Source: Lama glama | Taxonomy: Eukaryota | Direction: 5' to 3' | Assembly: GCA_028534125.1 (NCBI GenBank) | Contig: CM052816.1 | Location: forward strand, 18,478,001-18,542,000 | Length of the DNA stretch: 64,000 nt | In this document: one piece after another, positions 55,240 through 64,000 of the stretch | Numbering within the stretch: the first letter of the stretch is position 1 | Layout: every line of letters starts with the position of its first letter | Translations under genes and position numbers: made by a program | The notes under the pieces: generated by a model | Told to the model about the DNA's origin: nothing | Seen by the model: the letters and a program-made list of their open reading frames with translations, nothing else | The model's database searches: none

Positions 55240-55709
55240 AGAGGCAGAGAGACTGAGAATTAGGCCTCGAGCTTGGAGGGCTTTCCTGGCTGGAATGAGT
55301 TAGTGTGACCACAAACTGTACCATATACCGTCACGGCTGTAGATGTGAGCAGCCCTGCATCACGGCATTTGATGGAACTTTCAAGAAAACTCAAAGTCAG
55401 GAAGGACATACCATAAACTGTAGGAGTGTTTATCTGGAGAATAGGAGCAGACCCAGCAGACTTCCAGTTTTAATTTTATAGACTCCAGCATTGTTTGTAT
55501 TTGTACAGGGAAGTATATTAAGCACAACAAAAGCCCAGTACAATCAAAAGCATTCACTATACTTAGTATGTTCTATTTTATAAGCCTGGAAAATTATGTA
55601 CTTCAGTTTAGCATGTTTCCATAAAATATAATTAAGGTAGAAAGAAAAATAATGAAACTATAAAGGAAAGGATCATTTTCACTGGCAGGTCAAGTTGCTG
55701 CTCTGAAAT

Positions 55710-55960
55710 AATAATGCTTAACATGTACTGAAAGCCTACGACATGCCAGGCTCTCTGCTAAGCACTTCGCTTCCTTGTCTCCTCTGCCTCCCTCATTAGA
55801 ACCCTATGGAGCAGTGCCTTTTATTATCCCAAGTGTGCAGGAGAGTAGGGCTCAACAGGTTAAGAAATGGGCACATGGACATACGGGCAAGCCATGGAGC
55901 TCAGACTCAAACCCAGACCTGTCTAACGCCAAAGCTCAGGTCCTTAGTGTCCTGAGCTGC
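55710..55960 (-). mobile_element. MIR SINE
   Basis: actgaaagcctacgacatgccaggctctctgctaagcactt...ctcaaacccagacctgtctaacgccaaagctc. Confidence 0.75.
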
Positions 55961-56799
55961 ACTGTTTTTGGCATGAACCCTGTATTAAGGGGGTGGTGAC
56001 AGATTAGAAGTTCATAGAAGTGTCACTATTGTACAAAACAGCAGGCCTTCAACAATTCTCTCCCTGCTCGCTCCCTGATGGTTACAGATGTTAATTAGAA
56101 AACTCTGTCTCTTCCAGCTGCCCAGTCCTCTCCCTCCCCGCCATCTGAAGCCCCTAGCACCAGCTCACCCTCTCCTGAAAACTCCCAGAGACTCCCTGCA
56201 AAAAAGGGAGATAATCTTATCTTCACTTGATCTACTTTGAATGATTTTATGTGTCCTGCATACTCAAAAAAAATGTTGCTTATCTCGCTATTTGGCATTT
56301 ACAAAACAGCCCGTGAAAGTGGCAAGATATTTTCCTTTGGATCCAAGAGATGATCTGGACATTTGAATCATGAATTTCTCAGTGGCTCCAGCTTTGCTCT
56401 GCATCTTTATGGTGGAATGTGACATCATGAAATACTGAGATGACTGTCGTGGGGAAAAGGTTTGCTCACTATAAATGAATGAAAAAATGAGGGCAACTTT
56501 TGAATCTTTTCAAATTAAACTAACTTGCTTTATATCTTTGAGAGGTAACCTTGATCTGCTTGTGGGGCCTCAAAAGGTGTTTTGGTGCTGCCTCAGCCTC
56601 AGAAAAGGAAAGAAAGATCCAGTTCCTTCCTGGAGGGAGAGAGAGAGAAGCTTTGCTTCTGTTTGACCAGGCTGGATGGACAAAGGTTTAGAAAAGGTGC
56701 CTGCAGCTCTCACACCAGGAGCCGTATCTTCTAGTCTGTGGAGGCAGGTGCCAACCCCAACACCTAGGACCTCATGCTGAACCCCTCTAAACTTCACTA

Positions 56800-56940
56800 C
56801 CTTCCTCCTCTATAAAACAAGTACAATTAAAGATTCTGCATCAGAAGGTTATCGGGAGGATTACATGAGATAAAACATGTAATAGCACTTAGATATTGCC
56901 TGGCACAAAGTAAATTCTCAATATCAACTTTATTATTATA
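56800..56940 (+). mobile_element. MIR 3' part
   Basis: ggaggattacatgagataaaacatgtaatagcacttagatattgcctggcacaaagtaa. Confidence 0.7.
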
Positions 56941-59264
56941 GTCTCCATGAGGTGCCAGATATTGAATAAACAAATCACACAAATTGTCACAATATGGTTG
57001 AGAGAAATGCATGAAGTATAAAGTGCAATGCAACTTTATAATAGGAGTACATAACCGTGCCTGGGAGGTTGGATAAACTTGCTGGAGGAAGCGAGTATAA
57101 AACTCAGACCTGAAGAATAAGGAGAACCCTTTAAACGGGAGGTCAGTACTAATCCAATTGTGCTCTTCAAAAATCAACTACATTAGAGTCGCCTTGAGTG
57201 CTTGAGTATTATAGCGTTAAAAAAAAACCTACAAATGTAAAAAGCAAACATTAACATATCAGTACTGTTTTGTATTTATGTATCTTTAACCATGAAGTTC
57301 AAGTATTTATCAGATATTTGAGTCTTCAATTATTTTATTCATAATCCTTGCCCAAGTTTCTTATGGGGGGGTGTCTGTATTTTTATTTATTTTTAAAATC
57401 TCCTTTTATATTAAATATATTAACCTTCTGTCATAGCTATCATTGACATATTTCAAAATTTGTATTTCACCTCTATTTTGTGATGTTCTTTAAACATTTA
57501 AAAAAAAGTTCAAATTCGTTGATATCTTGATAAATTTATTTGCGATTGTTGATGTTGTTTGTCCATTTAGATAGTTCTTGCCCCTCCTAACTTCAGAGGA
57601 ACATTCACCTATATTTTCTTATTTTATGGTTTTGTTTTTGAGTCACATCTTTATACTTAAAAAAAATCTCTGCAGTGCTTCAGTTATGTTTTATTGGTTC
57701 TACACCCACTTCTTTAGATTCTTACTTAGGATAACCTACACTTCTTGGAATTAGTCTCTATTATTTATCCTCCAAGTAGATCATTTCCTTTCTCATAATC
57801 TTTACTGCTTTTCCCACTTCCTCTGCATTTTGTAAAGACTGCTAAGGTTTATCCTTCCTGTCAGTGATTTAATTTTCTGGCCATTTTGTTTTTTTACTGC
57901 CTCCCATTCAGATGATTTTAATCTCACCATTAATACAGCAGTTTCCTTGCCTTCCTTCTATCCCTTTTCATCTCATTTTCTTCTTATGGTTTTCTACCTC
58001 TATTTCATAGAAGCTTTGTGTATTGAACGTGCCAGTTTTCTGAAATTTTCTTCTGGATTTTGCCATAAATCCTATTTATTGTTACATTCTTCCTCTGAAT
58101 TTTTAAGATGTTATTTCTGTTCCTGTGACTCTTCACTAGGGTTTTGGTTGTCCCTTGTTAGACTCCCCCTTCCCCACGTGGTTCTGCACAAAGAGAAAAC
58201 TTAACTACTGGAGCACATGAGCGGGTAGGTTGCCCAGCTCCCCTTGTCACGAGTTCAGCAGTAGAGTACGTGGCTGTAATAGCTCATGACCCAATATGAC
58301 CCAGGAGGAATAACTTACAATTTTCAGCAGTACTTTTTTTTCCAGAAAGGTTTTACTTGGAACTCCAATCTAAAAATCTATAAACCATAAAAGCTTGATT
58401 TAAGTGAGGGATAAAGGCTCAGAATATCACTTCTGCCTTGTGCTTTCTTGTCCTAAGGCGGATTTTCTCCTACTTCTCTGTTCCTGGCTCTCCAATGGGT
58501 TGAACTGATGGAATAAATGAGAAATGCAAACCCTTATCCGGAGTTGCTATGAAGATTTCTTCTCTGTTCCTTGTTGTCAAAGCACTGACCTTGGGACCTC
58601 AGCCCTTTAAAATTTCCCATCTCTTTCTCTCTTGCCCACCCCCAAACTCCCTGTCCTCCTTTCTGTGATCTGCAGTCTTTGGATGGATACAGAGCGTGTA
58701 GTGTTGTGAGTGTGGGAAATGATGGTCCTCAGAACTCCTCACAGGAAGCCTCCTGGTGTTCAAAATGCCACCTGATTTCAAGGCTGTTGCAGAACTCCCA
58801 AAGGGTAGAAAGCAGAGGTTGCTGAAGAGTCTTTCTGCCTTCTTTGTAGGAAACAGCGATGCTCTGTTTCATGGATGAGGCAAGATTTGCCACCGCTTTT
58901 TTCTTTTGTCCTTCTCTATTAGTCCTATATTTGGTGAAAATCCTTCCCAAATTCAGGCAATGTAGGCCTTGGGCCTTTTCTGTACCTTCACAAATACTGG
59001 GGTGGGATTTGGAGGATGGGTTTGGTATGAGGCTGGTTGCTTGTATTTAAAGTTGCAAATTTCATGATTAACCATAGAACTGACTCCTCCTGACTCGTCT
59101 CTAGAAATGGTCTTATAATTATATTTAAATTTCTCTTTACTTTAAAATTTCATCTTCAAAATGTTGAATTCGTTTATAAGATATTCAATAATTTATCATT
59201 ATAATTTATATTGGGAGGATATGCTCAGACATTTTTACCAGTAGAGGTAGTTATGATAAAAACT

Positions 59265-59460
59265 GTACAGCACGGGGAGCTGTATCATATGCAATATCTT
59301 GTAATAACCTATAATCTAAAAGAATGTGAAACAGAATATATACACATATATGTATAACTGAACCACTATGCTGTATACCAGAAACTAATACAACATTGAA
59401 AATCAACTATACTTCAATTAAAAAACAAAACAAAGCAAAAACAAGCAAACAAAAAAACAG
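59265..59460 (+). mobile_element. Short L1 3' terminal fragment with A-rich tail
   Basis: tgtacagcacgggg...aatatcttgtaataacctataat...aatcaactatacttcaattaaaaaac. Confidence 0.85.
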
Positions 59461-60665
59461 CATTGGGGGAAAAAATAGCACGGAGGCCACTTGTCTGTAA
59501 GATACTCTGACATGTCTGGCTCTGAGGTTTAAATGCCCCCCTTTTCCTTCTTACATCACCCCCTTGAGGCCCAGGACAAGGGGGACAAGGGGAAGGGCCA
59601 CCCAGGGTGGCAAGCCTCCCATCCTAGACTCCCTAACCCGGCTCCTTCCCCACCCAGAGCTCAGACACAGGTGTGAGGGTCCCCTTTCTTCCCAGTTTGC
59701 TATATCCATGACCCAGCTTTAGAATGTTTTGTTTTGTTCCAGAGCCCAACCAAGTCAGCATTTAGCTAATGAGCACCATATTATTGAGAATGTAAAAGAC
59801 CCCATTGTTTGCCCTGCTTTATGGAGGAACATGGCTTCCTGAGGTAAATTAATTTGCGGAAGGAGTCATAATAACCAATTGCTTTACAATGAGCAACGTT
59901 CTATGCCAGTCATGCACAGGGTGGGGTCAAGGAAAATATGACACAGTAAATTTTTCTTCAACTCAAGTCTCTTACAGAAAAAAAAGCATTAAAATAGTCA
60001 AGCTATGAACTCAAAACAGTTCTAAAAGACTCCCCTGTACTCTCCCTCATCTTCTTTGAATATCTTTAGAGAAGACACAAGTGTCAGGGCACTGGGAAAG
60101 AAAACAGGCACGTCAGGGCGGTTTAAAGTGGCTCTTTGCCCTGGTAGGGCAGATAGTTCAGAGGCGATCACAGAAGCATCTGGCAGTGAACAAGGGGCAA
60201 CGATTCCAAAGAGCAGGAAGTCACTAACAAGGGAGACTTAGAAAAATGCACGTGTGCGTACGTGTCACACATTCAAATAGTACAGAAGGGAAGAGGTGAT
60301 CCAGGTTCCACAACAGTCAGAAACGCAGATACATATACAAATATTCAGATATAATATTTATCTTCAAATCAGGTCTTTCCTGAAATAAAAAAAAGGGTGG
60401 GAAATGCTTCTACGAGGTGTTCAAACTATTAACTAAATAGTTTTCAAAATGTACCCTGAATCCTCCTTTTCTCATCTTCTTTGAATACTTTTGGAAGAGA
60501 AACCATTTTTTTTAAGTAAAACACAATTGAGGTAAGAAAACAGATGAAAATTTTAAAAACAGGACAAATGAAAGCCTGGCAATAGAGTAGACACTTAATA
60601 AACATTCATTGAAATATCTATTTTCAAAATAAAACTACAATGTCCTTTTGCAATTAGATTTTTTT

Positions 60666-60825
60666 TAATTCTTTTTTTTGTGAAAGGGAGGTAATTAGGT
60701 TTATTTATTTGTTTATTCATTTGCTTATTTGTTTGTTTATTTATTTAATGGAAGTACTGGGGATTGAACCCAGGACCTCATGCATGCTAAGCATGCACTT
60801 TGCCACTGAGCTATGCCCCACCCCC
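60666..60825 (-). mobile_element. tRNA-Ala-derived camelid SINE (vic-1 type)
   Basis: Minus strand reads GGGGTGGGGCATAGCTCAGTGGCAAAGTGCATGCTTAGCATGCATGAGGTCCTGGGTTCAATCCCCAG (A and B boxes) plus an AT-rich tail; TSD tgcaatt(a/t)gattttt. Confidence 0.88.
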
Positions 60826-61234
60826 TGCAATTTGATTTTTTTCCTCTCAACAGTATATTTTGGGCATCTTTCCATATCAGCTCCTGGAAATTAGTAGCAT
60901 TACTGCATGGTGTTACATCGGAGGGATGCACTGTAATTTTTTTGATCCCATTGATGGACATTTCAGCGTTTCCACTTTGTTTTCTATCACAATCAGTGCT
61001 GCAACAAACATCGTTTCATGTGATCTTTGCGCACAACTGGGAGTCCTTCTGTCACATAAAAAACTAGGAGTGAAAGCACTGAGTCAAAGGGAACATAGAG
61101 GGTGGGATTTCAGGATAAAGCACTAATACTTCTTCAGTAACTCTAAGGGAGAAGTATGAAGGGATGAAGACTCCTCAACCCTGTCCATTCATTCCAGGTT
61201 CTCTTGACCCTGCTCCCAACAGGGCTTCACCAAC

Positions 61235-61680
61235 TGTCTGGGTTTGGTTCTGAGGTAGGAAGTAGACCCTAAGACCAGTATTCAAGTGCAAGTAGTTTAT
61301 TTGATCAGTGATCTCAGAAAATACAAGTAGGGGAATGGGGAAGTGAGACAGGCAACAGAGGGTATGTTACCAAGCACTCCCCACTATGGCAGCTGGGGTT
61401 CAATCCTGCTGGGAAGCACTGGGAAAGAGTGTAGAATACACCTCAGAGACACCCAACCATGGAACATGGAAGCTGGTTTACTTATCCATCATGGCCATGT
61501 CCTGTTGTTGTTTGAAAGTGAATCCAAGGGCATTAAGTATCTGGCTCTTCCAACCTGTCCTGGGTAGAGGTTAAGTGCATCCCTGTAGCTGGCAGACAGC
61601 TGCAGATGTTGAGAGGAATCAGGTGCTGTGTAAAGATGAGTGCCAAGAGGGTACAGGCATGGCAAAGACAGCATCTGCTT
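61235..61680. mobile_element. LTR33-like ERVL solo LTR
   Basis: agaccctaagaccagtattcaagtgcaagtagtttattt...ggggaagtgagacagg...gtgtagaatacacctcaga. Confidence 0.75.
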
Positions 61681-61899
61681 CTTCTCTGCTAAGAAAGTGT
61701 CATAGTTCCCCAACAGAATGGAAGAAAGACAATAAATCTCTAATACTGAAAACTTTTAAGATATGACCTGAAAACTGCTAAAAAATTTGTTAAATTAACC
61801 AAGGAACTGGAAAAGGACACCAATTACTGCTGAGAATGGAACTTGTGTTCTAGAAAATCAATGAGGAAAGCAGCACACATAGAAGCAAAACAAACAAAA

Positions 61900-62450
61900 C
61901 CACCACCATCCAAAGAAATGCAAATCGTGGGTACAAGGTAAGATTCATAAAGGGTAGCTCTGGGAGATCTGTATGCAAACAACAGGAGATTCTTGAGGCA
62001 AAAAGGCATAGAAGGAGAAAAATAATAATTAAAGAAATAATGAAGGAAAACTCTCAGCTATAGAAAAATTTGCATTTTTAGGACTAAAGGGCTCATCCAC
62101 TTTCAGGTTACACAAAAACCTCCAAGGTAATCATATCCTGGTGAAGTTTCTCAGATCTGAGGTTAAAGAGGAAATCCAACACATTTCCAGGCACAGAGAA
62201 ATCTTTACTTACAAAGGAAAATGAATCCCATTGGTACAAAACTTCTCATTTGCGACAGGGGAAACCAGAGGACAGTAAAAGAATGCTCCTAGATTTTGAA
62301 AGAAGAGGACTACATTCCAAGAATCCTACATCTAGACAACTTACCATTCATGTGTAAAGACTACTTTTCTGGGTATACAAGGACTCAGAAAGGACACTAG
62401 TGTTTCTGTGAGAAAAGACTAAGGAAAGTGCTCTAACTAGGCTAAATTTA
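61900..62450 (+). mobile_element. Ancient L1/HAL1 ORF1-like fragment
   Basis: aaagaaataatgaaggaaaact...catatcctggtgaagtttc...acttacaaaggaaaa...acttctca...ccaagaatcctacatctag. Confidence 0.6.
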
Positions 62451-63397
62451 AATTGGAAAATAAAGACTGTAAGCTGTGGTAAGACGAAAAGAACAAAAAA
62501 CATTTGGGAACAAGAACATGGTAGCCTTTATGGTTGAATCTAAAATCAGATGATGAGAATGGGACTGGGGCCTTTAATACCAGTGTCAAATGTGAAGAAA
62601 GATGGGAAGGAGTAAAAGCTTTTGATAGAGGTTACAGAGAGGAGTGTCAGCAAAAGTTTCCATCTGGGACACCACTGATTAGAGAAATAGAGGTTTAAGT
62701 TTCTTTGGAAAAAATTAAAAGTTAATACCATTGAAGTTAAATCCTCCTATAGAATGACTATCCAAAAAAAAAAATAAATAAATAAAGAGGAAAACCAAGC
62801 TGATAAAATGTGTGTCTGTCTATGTGCAGTAAGTGTGTGTGTATGATTGCTAGGATTTATAGCAAAATATTAACTACTGATGGTAGGTTTATGGGTAACA
62901 TTACTTCTTTTTTTAATTCATAAAAATTATGGAACAATTAAATTCTACATGTGGAGGCAGGAAAAGTTTTGCACCCCTTAAGTACTGGGGATCTGTTGGG
63001 TCTGGGTTCCTCTTTGGGGGACAACCCGCTTCCAATTCCACATGCCTACTGCCTGGTCCTCGTGATGACTGGGTGCTACTGATCCTGGACAATCAGATGG
63101 CTCTCTCCTTCTGGCAGTCGGTCCAGGGATGGGTATCTGACCCATGAGTATATGGTTTTATGACTCAGAATGCATATAACAATCTACCTCTTTTATCTCA
63201 AGTAGCATGAAGTCATCATTGCCTGTTTTAGAACAAAACCAGGTAGGGGTAAATCAGTGAGGAGAGAGAAGGAAAAAGAGAACAGAGGGAGCTAAGAAGA
63301 TCGAAAGAGACAGACCATGATGACAATCCTGAACCTGTCTACCCTGCCAGTTTACTCCTTAGACTCCCCAGTTGTTTGAGTCAACACATTTCTTTTT

Positions 63398-63517
63398 AAA
63401 AAAATAATTTTTATTAATTATTATTTTTGACTTTTTTTTGATGGAGGTACTGGAGACTGAACCCAGGACCTTGTGCACGCTAAGCATGCACTCTACCACT
63501 GAGCTATACTCACCCTC
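63398..63517 (-). mobile_element. Second vic-1-type SINE, inserted in an MLT1-like LTR (~63050-63600)
   Basis: Minus strand GAGTATAGCTCAGTGGTAGAGTGCATGCTTAGCGTGCACAAGGTCCTGGGTTCAGTC; degenerate TSD caacacatttcttttt/caatacgtttcttttt. Confidence 0.85.
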
Positions 63518-63707
63518 CAATACGTTTCTTTTTTTAACTTAAGCTAAGCTAATGTGAGTTAGTTTCTGTCACTGTTAACTAAAAGAATCCTGACTAAGGA
63601 AATGTCCCAGCCCCTAAAACTTCAGGACATGTTCACTAACATAACCTCTCTGAGTTTATTTTAATCAAGAATGCCTTCCTTTGCCAGTATGATATGATTT
63701 TAGCCCA

Positions 63708-63708
<1 letters not shown>

Positions 63709-63770
<62 letters not shown>
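63709..63770 (+). repeat. Compound (TA)n(CA)n microsatellite
   Basis: Read directly. Confidence 0.97.
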
Positions 63771-63773
<3 letters not shown>

Positions 63774-64000
63774 GTTTTAATGAAAGCAACTGCTATTCTC
63801 ACTCTCCTTATGAATAAAAAAAAAATCTGGGGAGTTCCTCCTCATAACATTATCTTTGTTCTGCCAAAGGGTGTTGTTTTGGGATGGCTCCACTGCCCTC
63901 CTCAGGCCCTGAGCCCTCATCTGCACTTCCTAAATAGAAACATTTGTTCATAGAAAATCTGCCTCCACTCCCACTGTTCACCCTCATCGCCTCTCAGTTT

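Noticed and set aside
60735..60825. tRNA-Ala gene
   Set aside because: An AT-rich tail, TSDs and a second diverged copy show it is a SINE; the acceptor stem is degraded.
36685..63147. Numerous 60-171 aa upstream ORFs
   Set aside because: They overlap decayed repeats or microsatellites, or have no recognisable protein similarity or exon structure; no TGFBI exons were recognised.
36000..64000. Vault RNA VTRNA2-1/nc886 orthologue, expected by synteny between SMAD5 and TGFBI
   Set aside because: By eye I found no TAGCTCA(A)GCGGTTAC or GGTTCGAGACCC-type boxes on either strand. It probably lies beyond the window; an Infernal search with the Rfam vault model would settle it.

Overview
This is mammalian genomic DNA, most likely camelid, judged from two tRNA-Ala-derived vic-1-type SINEs near 60.7 kb and 63.4 kb. 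It carries the SMAD5 gene on the minus strand: a CpG-island promoter and non-coding exon 1 (~35585-35697), then six coding exons (23553-23151, 17696-17445, 13242-13123, 4011-3790, 1979-1723, 416-273). All introns between coding exons are GT-AG, and the exons join to 1398 nt = 465 aa + stop, ending in the SSVS receptor-phosphorylation motif. The 3'UTR runs off the window start. The introns and the ~28 kb upstream are mostly decayed L1, L2, MIR, MLT/LTR33 and hAT fragments plus microsatellites, with one 501-N assembly gap. I found no new multi-gene system. The observations most worth checking are: a TSD-flanked non-repeat insert (probable mRNA retrocopy) splitting a MIR; an in-frame candidate alternative terminal exon that would drop the SSVS tail; a disrupted counterpart of the SMAD5-AS1/DAMS ORF next to a strong antisense splice acceptor; an in-place micro-inversion in an old L1; a uORF-dense 5' leader; and an AATAAA inside exon 1. 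Repeat family names and comparisons to human are by-eye recall, not database results, and repeat boundaries are approximate.
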